Shown piece by piece: positions 37,372 to 47,354 of a stretch of DNA of 64,000 bases (position 1 is its first letter; the number at the start of each line of letters is the position of its first letter). The notes under the pieces are model-generated. The model was not told where the DNA came from. It did not search any database and saw nothing but the letters and a program-made list of their open reading frames with translations. The DNA lies in contig CAWFEX010000004.1 of NCBI GenBank assembly GCA_963814955.1, positions 201,486 through 265,485 on the forward strand. Reading direction: 5' to 3'. A program made the position numbers and the translations under genes. Source of the stretch: an uncultured Acidobacteriota bacterium. Its GTDB lineage: Bacteria; Acidobacteriota; Vicinamibacteria; Vicinamibacterales; UBA2999.

Positions 37372-38667
37372 ATGCTAGCCTTGCTCACGAAAAGGATGAA
37401 AACAAAACCGCTGCGTGTTGCGCTCCTCGGGTTCGGTACCGTCGGTGGATCGGTCGCGAAAATCCTGGTTGAACGACCCGAGCTGGCCGATCGCGTCCAG
37501 CTCACTCACGTCTTCAATCGCGGTGTCGCGCGAAAGCGCGCCGACTGGATGCCGGCGTCGGTAACGTGGACCGAGAACGTCGATGAAGTGCTCGCCGCCC
37601 GGCCTGACGCAGTCGTCGAGGTCGTCGGCGGAGTCGAGCCGGCCGGTACGTGGGTGCGTCGCGCGCTGACACAGGGCACCGCGGTTGTGACAGCAAACAA
37701 GATGCTGTTGGCGGCTCACGCCCCAGAACTGCTGCATCTGGCCGCGACGCACGGCACACAACTTCGGTTCGAAGCCGCTGTCGCCGGCGGCGTGCCGTTG
37801 ATTCACGGCGTGCGCGAAGGGTTGGCGGGCGATCGTCTCAAGCGCGTGGCCGGCATTCTCAACGGCACGTCGAATTACGTTCTGAGCCGGATGGCCGACG
37901 CGGACGAACCGATGAGTGTCGTGCTGGACGACGCACGGCGTCTCGGCTATGCAGAGGCGGACCCCAGCGCCGACATCGATGGCGACGACGCCGCCGCCAA
38001 GATCGTCGTGCTGGCCGGTATCGCATTTCGGCGGCACCTGCGTCTGGGAGATATTCCACGGCAGTCGATCCGTCCCGTGTCCGGCGCCGATTTCCGGTAT
38101 GCCCGCAGCCTGGGCTGCACGATCCGTCAGATAGCGATGGTTGAGACGAGCGGCGACCAGTTTCATGCGTTCGTCGGTCCGGCGCTGGTGCTGCGCGGTT
38201 CGAATTTCGGACTCAACACGGGTGCCAACAACGTGGTGACGATTGCCGGTCATTACGGCGGCGAGAACAGTTTCAGCGGCCCGGGTGCCGGCGGACCTGC
38301 TACGGCAGTGGCCGTCGTCTCGGACCTCCTTTCGCTCACCCAGCGCACGCAGGATCGAAGCGAAGAATGGCCGGCCGGCGCGGTCACAGGCGCCCCGCCC
38401 CGTCCGTATTACCTGCGGTTCGTCGTATACGACCGACCCGGAATCCTGGCGTCTATTGCGGCAGCTCTCGCGGGTCAGGGGATCAATCTCGACGCGGTCC
38501 TCCAGCAACCCGGATTCCCCAAGGACGCGCTGCCGTTCGTCATCACCGTAGAACCGTGCCCCGAAAGCGCGCTCAGGGCCGCGCTCGGCGATATCGCCCG
38601 GTTCGAGTTCCATGCCGAACCGCCGCTGTCGCTCCCGATGTTATTGGGTGACGACGAGCGGCCGTGA
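37372..38667 (+). CDS. hom: homoserine dehydrogenase (with C-terminal ACT domain)
   Basis: LRVALLGFGTVGGSV, NGTSNYVLSRM, and EADPSADIDGDDAAAK. The ACT-like tail is YYLRFVVYDRPGILASIAAALA. The start is 37372 or ATG 37396. Confidence 0.88.
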   Translation: MLALLTKRMKTKPLRVALLGFGTVGGSVAKILVERPELADRVQLTHVFNRGVARKRADWMPASVTWTENVDEVLAARPDAVVEVVGGVEPAGTWVRRALTQGTAVVTANKMLLAAHAPELLHLAATHGTQLRFEAAVAGGVPLIHGVREGLAGDRLKRVAGILNGTSNYVLSRMADADEPMSVVLDDARRLGYAEADPSADIDGDDAAAKIVVLAGIAFRRHLRLGDIPRQSIRPVSGADFRYARSLGCTIRQIAMVETSGDQFHAFVGPALVLRGSNFGLNTGANNVVTIAGHYGGENSFSGPGAGGPATAVAVVSDLLSLTQRTQDRSEEWPAGAVTGAPPRPYYLRFVVYDRPGILASIAAALAGQGINLDAVLQQPGFPKDALPFVITVEPCPESALRAALGDIARFEFHAEPPLSLPMLLGDDERP

Positions 38668-38682
38668 TATCTTTTTTGATTC

Positions 38683-39633
38683 GTGTCACTTAACAAGAGC
38701 AGCCGTTCAGCGGCGGCCGACCTGCGGGTGCCCGCGTCGCTGGCGAATCTTGGCGGCGGGTTCGACACACTTGCCGTTGCGGTTCAGCTGTATCTGCGCC
38801 TCCGCGTCGTCGACATCCGTGACGACGGTGCCGCAAAGCTGACCGTGGTCAAGAGCGATCCGGCTGTGACCGGAAGAAATACTCTCGAGCGGGCATATGA
38901 CCGCATCGCGCGCTGGACGGGTCTCAAGGCGCCGTCGGTGTTCGTCGAAGTTGACAGCGACATACCTATGGCTGCGGGCCTCGGCAGCAGCGCGGCGGCT
39001 GCCGTGGCCGGACTACGCATGTTCGAGCGTGTGACACAGCCGCTCCCTGAGGGCGTGCTTCTGGCTCTCGCCACCTCCCTCGAGGGGCACGCGGACAACG
39101 CGGCGGCGGCGATCCACGGCGGCCTGGTTTCCGTTGTCGAGCGGGAAGGCGAGGAGCCGATCGTGCTGCGCTGGCAGTGGCCCGAGGAGCTTCGCTTCAT
39201 TGTCGCGACGCCGTCGGTTGGACTGTCGACGTCGAAAGCGCGGACCGCGCTGCCCGACACGCTTCCGCTGCGGGACGCAGTTTTCAATTTGCAGCGCGTG
39301 TTGTCGCTCGTGCACGCGCTTCAAAGCGGCGACTACGGACTGCTCCGGGAAGCGGTACGAGACAGGTGGCATCAGCGGGCGCGTGCGCCCCTCGTGCCTC
39401 AGCTCGCCGAAGTACTCGCGTTGGAGGATCCAGAGATCATCGGGTCCTTTCTGTCAGGCGCCGGGCCATCGGTGGCCCTCATCGCGCAACGGGATTTCGA
39501 ACGACTGGGGCAGTTGCTCGCATCGACGTACGAAAGCGCCAAGTGCCGCGCGACGGTCCGTACGCTCAGTGTCCACGATTCGTCGGATGTGGCAAATGAA
39601 ACACTCGCATCGGCGCACGGGGGAAATCTATGA
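38683..39633 (+). CDS. thrB: homoserine kinase
   Basis: PASLANLGGGFDTLAVAV, the GHMP motif PMAAGLGSSAAAAVAG, and GHADNAAAAIHGG. Confidence 0.85.
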   Translation: MSLNKSSRSAAADLRVPASLANLGGGFDTLAVAVQLYLRLRVVDIRDDGAAKLTVVKSDPAVTGRNTLERAYDRIARWTGLKAPSVFVEVDSDIPMAAGLGSSAAAAVAGLRMFERVTQPLPEGVLLALATSLEGHADNAAAAIHGGLVSVVEREGEEPIVLRWQWPEELRFIVATPSVGLSTSKARTALPDTLPLRDAVFNLQRVLSLVHALQSGDYGLLREAVRDRWHQRARAPLVPQLAEVLALEDPEIIGSFLSGAGPSVALIAQRDFERLGQLLASTYESAKCRATVRTLSVHDSSDVANETLASAHGGNL

Positions 39634-40880
39634 AATTCGTTGCCGGATTGACGTGCCATCTGTGCGGCGCGACGTATCCGGCGGAGGCGTTATGGGTGTG
39701 CACCGGCTGCCTTGGTCCGCTCGAAGTGTCGTACGACTACGACGCGATTCGGGCGACGATCAGCCGCAGCCTGATTGAGTCGCGCCCGCGCTCGCTCTGG
39801 CGCTACATCGAGCTGCTTCCGGTCGCCGAGCCGCTTACGGGCTTCAACTCGGGGTTTACACCGCTCGTTCGCGCTACGAGGCTGGCGCAGGAACTCGGGG
39901 TCGCCGAGTTGTATCTCAAAGACGACTCCGTGAACCACCCGACGTTCTCCTACAAAGATCGCGTCGTTTCCATTGCAGCCACCCGTGCCGTCGAGCTCGG
40001 TTTCCAGATATTTGGCTGCGCATCGACCGGCAACCTTGCCGGCAGCGTGGCCGCTCATGCGGCGCGGCTTGGGCTGTCGTGCTACGTCTTCATTCCGCAC
40101 GATCTCGAGCCGGCAAAAGTGCTCGGCGCGGCAATCTACGGGCCTCATGTGGTCGCGGTCGACGGCAACTATGATGACGTGAACCGGCTTTGTACGCAGA
40201 TCGCGGATCGCTACGGCTGGGGGTTCGCCAACATCAACCTTCGCGCCTATTACGCCGAAGGCGCCAAGACGATGGGTTTCGAGATCGCGGAACAGCTTGG
40301 GTGGCGTTTCCCCGACCATGTTGTATCGCCCGTTGCCGGCGGGACGCTTCTGCCGCGCATCTTCAAAGGTTTCCGTGAGCTGCGCGACGTGGGGCTCGTC
40401 AGCGGCACTTTGCCGAAAATTCACGCAGCACAGCCCGTAGGTTCGTCCCCCGTCATCAACGCGTTGAAGGCCGGCCTCGATTTTCCGGAGCCGGTGAAGC
40501 CGGATACGATTGCAAAGTCGCTGGCCATCGGAAATCCTGCAGACGGCTTCCAGGTCGTCAAGGTGGTCAAGGAAACCGGTGGTGCCGGCGCAGCAGCGAG
40601 CGACGCCGAAATTCTTGATGCCGTTCAGCTCCTGGCGCGAACGGAAGGCATTTTCACGGAGCCTGCGGGAGGCACCACGGTCGCCGTCGCGCGGGCACTC
40701 ATTCGCAGCGGCGTCATAAAGCCGAATGAGTCGGTCGTCGTCTGCATCACGGGCAACGGCTACAAGACGGCCGAGGTGATGTTCGATCGCGTGTCCCGGC
40801 CTATACGGATTGGACGCAGCCTCGCCGAATTCGAACGCGTCCTTGGGACCGATCCGGGCCTCCGGGCCGCCGCCGGCTGA
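39630..40880 (+). CDS. thrC: threonine synthase
   Basis: The ATGA overlap with thrB suggests coupling. N-terminal Zn-ribbon CHLCGATYPAEALWVCTGC. PLP-Lys context NHPTFSYKDR, and GCASTGNLAGS. Confidence 0.88.
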   Translation: MKFVAGLTCHLCGATYPAEALWVCTGCLGPLEVSYDYDAIRATISRSLIESRPRSLWRYIELLPVAEPLTGFNSGFTPLVRATRLAQELGVAELYLKDDSVNHPTFSYKDRVVSIAATRAVELGFQIFGCASTGNLAGSVAAHAARLGLSCYVFIPHDLEPAKVLGAAIYGPHVVAVDGNYDDVNRLCTQIADRYGWGFANINLRAYYAEGAKTMGFEIAEQLGWRFPDHVVSPVAGGTLLPRIFKGFRELRDVGLVSGTLPKIHAAQPVGSSPVINALKAGLDFPEPVKPDTIAKSLAIGNPADGFQVVKVVKETGGAGAAASDAEILDAVQLLARTEGIFTEPAGGTTVAVARALIRSGVIKPNESVVVCITGNGYKTAEVMFDRVSRPIRIGRSLAEFERVLGTDPGLRAAAG

Positions 40881-41071
40881 CGCCGACGCGCAGAACTGTC
40901 CCGTTTGAGCGGCCCCTTGCCCCGTTTGGCTTTTCCCCGATACAATCTGGCCATCGTGTTCATGGTGCGGGGTTGCGAGTGCGCGTGTTGTTGTATGGGT
41001 TCAGTCCCGGCGCTCTCGGTCCACCGTGTGGGCAACGCATAAAACAAGCTCCAACACGAACAAGATCGAAG

Positions 41072-41102
41072 GCCCGGGGTGAAAATCCCGGGCTTTTTCT
41101 TT
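41072..41102 (+). terminator. Rho-independent terminator-like hairpin just upstream of cysG
   Basis: GCCCGGG (41072-41078), loop GTGAAAAT, CCCGGGC (41087-41093), then TTTTTCTTT. It lies 192 nt after the thrC stop and ends 9 nt before the cysG ATG. Confidence 0.65.
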
Positions 41103-41110
41103 CTGGGCTC

Positions 41111-42559
41111 ATGTTTCCAGCATTTCTCGATCTCTCGTCACGTCGGGTCGTGGTCGTTGGCGGTGGCCCTGTGGCAGCCAGCAAGCTCGAGGCATTGCTG
41201 GCGGCCGGCGCCCAGGTGACCGTGATTGCGCCCGAAATCGTGCCCGACATCGAACGTCGCGGCGTGACGGTCATTCGCCGTCCTTTCGAGGATTCGGACC
41301 TCGACGGCGCCTGGTGGGTGGTGGCGGCTGCACCGGCTGATGTCAACAAGCGCGTGCGGACTGCGGCGGATGCACGCCGAGTCTTCGTCAACGCCGTTGA
41401 CGACCCGAAGCACGCGACGGCATATCTGGGTGGCGTTGTGCGACGCGACGATGTGACCGTCGCCATATCCACCGGTGGGCGTGCGCCCGCATTGGCGGGG
41501 CTGCTGCGCGAGGCCGTGGACGCTTGGCTGCCAGATGACTTGGATCAGTGGCTATCTGCGGCCGACGCCGCGCGCCGTCGGTGGAAGGCGCAGAGCGTTC
41601 CGATGGAACGCCGGCGTCCCCAGTTGCTCGAGACGCTGAACAGCCTGTATGAAGATCAGGCCTCAGGCGTCAGGGCTCAGGAATCAGTTGTCTTAAAGGT
41701 TTCCCCGAGCGATGCCGGATCCCGAGTGTTCCGTTCCGGATCGGTGTCGCTTGTTGGTGCCGGTCCCGGGGACCCCGAGCTCTGGACGATTCGGGCACGG
41801 CGACGGCTCGAAGAGGCAGACCTCGTCCTCTACGATGCTCTCGTGGATGCCAACACGCTGAGGCATACGACGAAGGCCCAGTGTTTTTGCGTAGGCAAGC
41901 GCGCGCGGCGCGACAGCGTGCCGCAGGAAACGATTCATCGGCTGATGATTCGCGCGGCCAGCCGAGGCAAGCGCGTGGTGCGGCTCAAAGGCGGCGATCC
42001 GTTTGTGTTCGGCCGTGGAGGCGAGGAAGCGCTGGCGCTGGCGAAGGCGGGTATTCCGTTCGAGGTGGTGCCCGGTGTCACGACGGCCGTTGCCGCGCCG
42101 GAGTTGGTTGGAATTCCCGTCACGCACCGCGGACTGGCGTCTGGCTTTTTAGTCCTTGCGGGCCACACTTCCGAGCAGGTGGATGAGACGCTCGAGACCG
42201 TGCGGCCGAACCGCATCTCGATCGTCATTCTCATGGGAATCGGGGCACGGCGTCTGTTGGGTTCGCAACTGATGGCACACGGCTGGTTGCCTGAAACTCC
42301 CGCCGCGATCGTCTGCGATGCCTCCACTCCGAACGAGTGGACGTGGACCGGGCGTCTCGACCAGATGGGCGACGCAGAGCCGCCGCACGGGGCGGCCGGA
42401 GTGCTGGTCGTTGGTGAGGTGGTAAGGATTCGTGAGGAGTTGGCGCAGGCAGCTGCGATCAGCAAGGAGTCGGAATCCAACGGGGTCTCGACGGAAGGCG
42501 CGGAGGCGCAGGCGCACCCTCGGTCGGGGCGATACCAGCGCTCGACCTTAATGAGGTGA
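41111..42559 (+). CDS. cysG: siroheme synthase (precorrin-2 dehydrogenase/ferrochelatase plus uroporphyrinogen-III C-methyltransferase)
   Basis: ATG at 41111 gives [30 protein letters not shown] (the CysG N-domain). The SUMT domain is [34 protein letters not shown]...[13 protein letters not shown]. Confidence 0.88.
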   Translation: MFPAFLDLSSRRVVVVGGGPVAASKLEALLAAGAQVTVIAPEIVPDIERRGVTVIRRPFEDSDLDGAWWVVAAAPADVNKRVRTAADARRVFVNAVDDPKHATAYLGGVVRRDDVTVAISTGGRAPALAGLLREAVDAWLPDDLDQWLSAADAARRRWKAQSVPMERRRPQLLETLNSLYEDQASGVRAQESVVLKVSPSDAGSRVFRSGSVSLVGAGPGDPELWTIRARRRLEEADLVLYDALVDANTLRHTTKAQCFCVGKRARRDSVPQETIHRLMIRAASRGKRVVRLKGGDPFVFGRGGEEALALAKAGIPFEVVPGVTTAVAAPELVGIPVTHRGLASGFLVLAGHTSEQVDETLETVRPNRISIVILMGIGARRLLGSQLMAHGWLPETPAAIVCDASTPNEWTWTGRLDQMGDAEPPHGAAGVLVVGEVVRIREELAQAAAISKESESNGVSTEGAEAQAHPRSGRYQRSTLMR

Positions 42560-42562
42560 AAT

Positions 42563-44392
42563 ATGTCCGTCATTGATCAGTCAACGGAACTCGGCCGCGG
42601 TCGCCTCTCATTTTCCGATGAGCGCGACATCGACGAATTCGTCGATACGCTGGGAAAGTACGAGCGGGGGGAGATCTCGGCCGAGGACTGGCGAAAGTTC
42701 CGGCTGGTACGTGGCACGTACGGGCAGCGGCAACCGGAAGCTGTCCACATGCTCCGGATAAAGGTTCCGCAGGGCATCCTCACCTCGGCGCAACTCCGAT
42801 CCATGGCCGGCGTGGCCACGAGCTATTCGCGCGGGTTTGGCCACATCACGACCCGGCAGAACGTACAGCTGCATTTCGTTCCGCTGGCCGACGTCGAAGC
42901 GGCCATGCGTGCGCTTGCCGAAACGGGGCTGACCACGCGCGAGGCGTGCGGAAACTCTGTTCGCAACATTACAGCCTGCCCCTACGCTGGAGTGTCAGAG
43001 GGCGAGATTTTCGACGTCACGCCATATGCCGAGGCGATGACCAGATACTTCCTGCGTCATCCGCTTTCCGCGTCCCTTCCGCGCAAATTCAAGATTGCCT
43101 TTGAAGGATGTCCGGAAGACCACGCCGTTGCAGCCATCCACGATATCGGTTGGCGGGCTCGAATCGTCGACGGCCGACGCGGCTTTCGGGTCACGGTGGG
43201 CGGAGGTACCGCGATTCTCGTGAACTCCGGGTCGCTGCTGTACGACTTTCTTCCAGCGGAAGAAATGCTCAACGTCGCCGAGGCGGTGATTCGCGTCTTC
43301 CATCGATTTGGTGACAGGAAGCACATGCAGCGCAACCGCATGAAGTTCCTGATCCGGTCACTGGGTTGGGACGAATGGCGCGTACGGTTCGACAGAGCGC
43401 TGGAAGAGTTCCGTGCCGAGGGCGGAGCACGTTTGTCGTTTGCTCCCGAGGCGCCGCCTGTCGAGCAGGCACCGAGCTGGTCCAAGCCGGAACCGCTGAC
43501 GCCCAAGATGGCGGCCGCGCTCGCGCAGACCACCGTCAAAGGCCCAGGCATCGTTCCAGGGACAGTACGGCTGCAAACGCTGTCCGACGCATACGTGCGC
43601 TGGACGAAAAGCAACGTCCGTCGCCAGCGGCAGGCGGGGTACATCTGCGTCACTGCGCGTCTGCCGCTTGGCGATTTCACGGCGGGGCAGGCGCAGGTGC
43701 TCGCGGATCTCGCGGATGCCTATGCCGACGGGACGGTGCGACTGAGCATCGACCAGAACGTGCTGTTCCGCTGGGTCCCCTCGGAGGCGGTTCAAGGCTT
43801 TTACGAGCGTCTCAGCGCCGCCGATCTGGCCGCTGGCGATGCGGGCACAATTGCCGACGTGACAAGCTGCCCGGGCGCGGAGACGTGCAGATTGGCCGTG
43901 ACCCAGTCGCGAGGATTAGGTCGAGTGCTCACCGAGTATTTGAGCGCGCATCCCGAGCTCGTCGACGCGGTGCCGTCGGGCGACATCAAGATAAGCGGCT
44001 GCCCCAACGGCTGCGGCCAGCACCATATCTCGGCAATCGGCTTTCAGGGAAGCGTGCGCAAACTGGCAGGAAGGGCGGTTCCCCAGTACTTTGTCCTGGT
44101 CGGCGGGGGCGTCACGGACGAAGGCGCGCACTTTGGCAAAGTGGTGTCGAAGGTCCCCGTGAATCGGCTCGTCGACGCCCTCGATCGGCTCGTCGGGTTG
44201 TATCGTGAGCAGCGTCAAGGCGAAGAATCGCTCGGCGCCTTTTTCCGCCGGCTGTCCCCGGCGATTGCCACTGATGCGCTGAAGGATCTCGCTGAGCTGA
44301 GGGCCGAGGACACAACAGCAGACGACTACATCGATCTTGGCGAAAGCGAGGCGTTCACCCCCGAGGTGATGGACGGCGAGTGTGCCTCATAG
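42563..44392 (+). CDS. siroheme-dependent sulfite (nitrite/sulfite) reductase hemoprotein
   Basis: [10 protein letters not shown] occurs twice in variant form. The Fe-S/siroheme Cys cluster is [13 protein letters not shown]...[14 protein letters not shown]. The gene lies downstream of cysG. Confidence 0.85.
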   Translation: MSVIDQSTELGRGRLSFSDERDIDEFVDTLGKYERGEISAEDWRKFRLVRGTYGQRQPEAVHMLRIKVPQGILTSAQLRSMAGVATSYSRGFGHITTRQNVQLHFVPLADVEAAMRALAETGLTTREACGNSVRNITACPYAGVSEGEIFDVTPYAEAMTRYFLRHPLSASLPRKFKIAFEGCPEDHAVAAIHDIGWRARIVDGRRGFRVTVGGGTAILVNSGSLLYDFLPAEEMLNVAEAVIRVFHRFGDRKHMQRNRMKFLIRSLGWDEWRVRFDRALEEFRAEGGARLSFAPEAPPVEQAPSWSKPEPLTPKMAAALAQTTVKGPGIVPGTVRLQTLSDAYVRWTKSNVRRQRQAGYICVTARLPLGDFTAGQAQVLADLADAYADGTVRLSIDQNVLFRWVPSEAVQGFYERLSAADLAAGDAGTIADVTSCPGAETCRLAVTQSRGLGRVLTEYLSAHPELVDAVPSGDIKISGCPNGCGQHHISAIGFQGSVRKLAGRAVPQYFVLVGGGVTDEGAHFGKVVSKVPVNRLVDALDRLVGLYREQRQGEESLGAFFRRLSPAIATDALKDLAELRAEDTTADDYIDLGESEAFTPEVMDGECAS

Positions 44393-44403
44393 CGCGGCCG
44401 TCG

Positions 44404-44568
44404 CTACCGTTCTCTGAACCGCTCGATGCGCTTCTCGCGTTCGGGTGCTTTCGTGTCCTGATCGGCGCCACGGTCGGTCTTGGCCGGTGACGCACTCGGC
44501 TGGACTACCGGTCTTTCACGAGTCTCCGGTTCGATCGTTTGTGGGTCCGGAGGTATGTTCGTTGGCAT
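44404..44568 (-). CDS. candidate small hydrophilic protein
   Basis: ATG at 44568. The product is MPTNIPPDPQTIEPETRERPVV...EREKRIERFRER. Codon bias is only moderate and no homology is recognised. Confidence 0.2.
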   Translation of the reverse strand: MPTNIPPDPQTIEPETRERPVVQPSASPAKTDRGADQDTKAPEREKRIERFRER

Positions 44569-44803
44569 AGCGCCTCGATTCCCACGTTGCAGCATCCACG
44601 CCAGCAGCCGCACGCGGGTAAACGACTACCTTCGGGTGCCGGGGCGCACCGCGCGAAGCCAAAACGAAAGAATCCGACGCTCTCGGCCGATACGGTGATT
44701 GGCACCTATCGGGTCCGTCCGCTCACGCGCGGGCTCCTGCATCTCCCGAACGCTTTGTATCGGGTATCGTAGAAGTGGGATCCGCAAGTTCGACTGGCGA
44801 TAC

Positions 44804-45823
44804 ATGAGCAAGCTGAAGATCATCGTCCTGTACGATCGTGTCCTTATGGACGAGGGCGACGAGCAGTCCTCGAACGACAAGTCACCCGTCGTTCGTACCC
44901 TTGACAAGAAGGAAGTCGAGGAAGAGGTCGCGGAGGCGCTCGTCAAGCTGGGCCACGAGCCGGTCATGTACGAGCTCGACGGGACCCAGAAGAGTCTGCT
45001 GGGCCTGAGTCGCACCGACGGCGATCTCGTCTTCAACCTCGCCGAATCATTTGCCGACGACGACACGTCGGACTTCAAGATCGCTGCGTTCCTGGAACTT
45101 CTCGGCAAGAAGTACACCGGCTCCGGCAGTCACGGGCTCATGCTTGCCCAGGACAAGGCCGTGGCGAAGAAGATCTTTGCCTTTCACGGTATTCATACTC
45201 CGACGTTCGCGAAGTGTTACCGTGGACGGCTCGACTTCTCACACGACCTCCAGTTTCCGGTGATCGTGAAACCCGCCCGCGAGGATGGTTCGATAGGCAT
45301 CGAGTTCAGCGCGGTGGTCAGCTCCATTCGCGAGCTGATGGAACGGATGGACTGGCTTCACGCCAATTTCGATTCGCCGGTTCTGATCGAGGAGTACATC
45401 GAAGGGCGCGAGATGTACGTCGCTGTCATCGGGAACGACAAGCCCGCGGCGCTTCCAATCATCGAGCTCGACCTTTCAAAGCTGCCGGAAGGTACTCCCA
45501 AGATAGCCGCCGCCGAAGTGAAGTGGGGGAAAGGGACGCCGGCATACCGCGACACGAAATCGGCCATTGCGACTGATCTTGCGGATGAAACAGTACAGTT
45601 GCTCCAGCAGACCGCCGTGGCGGCCTATCAGGCGCTGGAGTTGCGCGACTATGGCCGCGTCGACATGAGGCTGCAGCCCGATGGCCGCGTTCAGGTTATC
45701 GAGGTAAACCCGAATCCGTGGCTGGCATCGCGTGCAGAGTTCGCGATGGCGGCACGGAAGTCAGGCCGGACCTACACGCAACTGGTCGCCGAGATCGTCG
45801 AGCTGGCTCTCGCGCGGGCGTGA
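44804..45823 (+). CDS. D-alanine--D-alanine ligase-family ATP-grasp protein
   Basis: ATG at 44804 gives MSKLKIIVLYD.... GLMLAQDKAVAKKIFAFHGIHTPTF, VIVKPAREDGSIGI, EEYIEGREMYVAVIGN and GRVDMRL...VIEVNPNP match ATP-grasp motifs. Confidence 0.7.
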   Translation: MSKLKIIVLYDRVLMDEGDEQSSNDKSPVVRTLDKKEVEEEVAEALVKLGHEPVMYELDGTQKSLLGLSRTDGDLVFNLAESFADDDTSDFKIAAFLELLGKKYTGSGSHGLMLAQDKAVAKKIFAFHGIHTPTFAKCYRGRLDFSHDLQFPVIVKPAREDGSIGIEFSAVVSSIRELMERMDWLHANFDSPVLIEEYIEGREMYVAVIGNDKPAALPIIELDLSKLPEGTPKIAAAEVKWGKGTPAYRDTKSAIATDLADETVQLLQQTAVAAYQALELRDYGRVDMRLQPDGRVQVIEVNPNPWLASRAEFAMAARKSGRTYTQLVAEIVELALARA

Positions 45824-46337
45824 CTACGGGATTTTCCACAGATACAACGTCCTCGACGCTCCGTCCGCGCTGCTGAAGGTGTCGACGGCATCAGGCCTCC
45901 AGTCGCCCATCGCAAAGTTGTGCGACACGATGCGGGCGCCCGGCCGAAGCTGCGCGGTGAGCCGTGGCCGAAGCTTCACGTTGAGGGCTGACACCAGATA
46001 GAGCGTGACGACTGTGGCCTCCGAGACGTCGGTCTCGAGCGCGTCCTGCACCCTGAACGTCACAAGGTTTTCCACTCCGGCTCGTTTCGCGTTGGCTTGC
46101 GCTTCCTGGATGCGCGCGGAGTCGATATCGACACCGACGCCGCGGGCGCCGAACTTCTGTGCCGCCGCGATGACAATCCGGCCGTCGCCGCAGCCCAGGT
46201 CGAACACCACGTCCTGAGCTCCCACTGAGGCAAGTGTCAGCATCCGGTCAACGACGTCCGTCGGTGTGGCGACGTAACCGCGCCCCGGGAACCTGGGTTG
46301 CCAGGAACACGAGGCCCAGAAGCACGAGAGCACTCAT
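45824..46337 (-). CDS. class I SAM-dependent methyltransferase, probably signal-anchored; possible frame break at 46283-46289
   Basis: VVFDLGCGDGRIVIAAAQKFGARGVGVDID is SAM motif I. ORF 45824..46333 starts with an odd LSCFWASCSW. The ATG at 46337 in another frame gives a clean signal peptide, MSALVLLGLVFLATQVPGA. Confidence 0.75.
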
Positions 46338-46361
46338 CAGGCCGATTGTAGCCAAGGGGGA

Positions 46362-46397
46362 GGGTCTGACCCGGGGTCAGACCCCGGGTCAGACCCC
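46362..46397. repeat. GGGTCAGACCCC palindrome/tandem motif
   Basis: GGGTCTGACCC (46362-46372) is the inverted copy of GGGTCAGACCC (46374-46384). GGGTCAGACCCC is directly repeated at 46374-46385 and 46386-46397. Confidence 0.85.
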
Positions 46398-46591
46398 TAG
46401 CACGGGTCGACTCGAGCGTATTGAACTCATCCAATAGAGACGCGGCCCAGCGTCCCCGTCACCGGCGAGGGTGCACAAACGTTGGAAATTCCGTGGTTTA
46501 CCGTCATTGCCCGCGGTTGGCGAACCGCGCGCTCAACGGTCCAGCAGCAGGGTTGAAGTGCCAAAAACAGCGGTTTTTTGGCCACTTTCGA

Positions 46592-46620
46592 TTGATCAAC
46601 GGCTGTTACTGCGATATACT
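46592..46620 (+). promoter_or_regulatory. sigma70-like promoter upstream of carD
   Basis: TTGATC (46592-46597), 17-nt spacer, TATACT (46615-46620), about 60 nt upstream of the carD GTG. Confidence 0.45.
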
Positions 46621-46680
46621 CATGGGTGCTGTTTCCCGGCACGAACCGGTCCTACCAACCCTTCCTTCAACGGGGGAAAC

Positions 46681-47271
46681 GTGACATTCCAGGTCGGCGA
46701 CAAGGTCATCTACCCGAATCACGGGCTCGGCATCGTCGAACGGATCGAAGAAAAAACCATTCTAGGTACCACTTGCGGGTTCTTTCACCTGCGGATCGTC
46801 TCAAATGACACGACCGTCCTCGTTCCCGTCGCAAACGTGGACAACGTCGGACTTCGGAAAGCCATCACCGACGAGGAAGTGGAGCGACTCTTTTCGCTGC
46901 TGAGCGACGGCAAGATCGACAACCATCAGAACTGGAAAGGTCGCTTCAAGGACAATTCGGACAAGATGCGGACCGGCTCGATCTACGACATGGCGGACGT
47001 GCTCAAGAGTCTGACGTTCCTGAGCAAGTCCAAGAGCCTGTCATTCCGTGAAAAACGGATGCTCGATCGCGCTCGCGCCCTCATCGTCTCCGAGGTGTCG
47101 GAAGTCATGCGCGAGAAGGCCATGGACATCGAGCTGCGGGTGGACCGCGCGCTCGAAAAGTGCTTCACAGTCAAGGTTCGCAGCATGACACGGCAGGCCG
47201 CCCGCGCGAAAATCGCCAAGCCGGTGAAAGCGACCGTCCTCGTCACTCGGCGCGCCGCCCGCGCATCGTAG
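46681..47271 (+). CDS. carD: CarD/CdnL-family RNA-polymerase-binding regulator
   Basis: GTG at 46681 follows GGGGGAAAC. FQVGDKVIYPNHGLGIVERIEEKTILGTTCGFFHLRI matches the CarD_TRCF domain. Confidence 0.85.
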   Translation: MTFQVGDKVIYPNHGLGIVERIEEKTILGTTCGFFHLRIVSNDTTVLVPVANVDNVGLRKAITDEEVERLFSLLSDGKIDNHQNWKGRFKDNSDKMRTGSIYDMADVLKSLTFLSKSKSLSFREKRMLDRARALIVSEVSEVMREKAMDIELRVDRALEKCFTVKVRSMTRQAARAKIAKPVKATVLVTRRAARAS

Positions 47272-47354
47272 TCGCCTTTCGTTTGCCTTGCCTTCTTCGC
47301 CGCCCGGGGGCGCGTCCCCCGGGCGATTTTTTTGTACATTGACGGCAATTCCGC

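Noticed and set aside
40973-41110. N-terminal extension of the cysG ORF back to GTG 40973.
   Set aside because: The extension runs through the terminator hairpin and reads as junk (MRVRVLLYGFSPGALGPPCGQRIKQAPTRTRSKARGE...). The conserved CysG N-terminus starts at ATG 41111.
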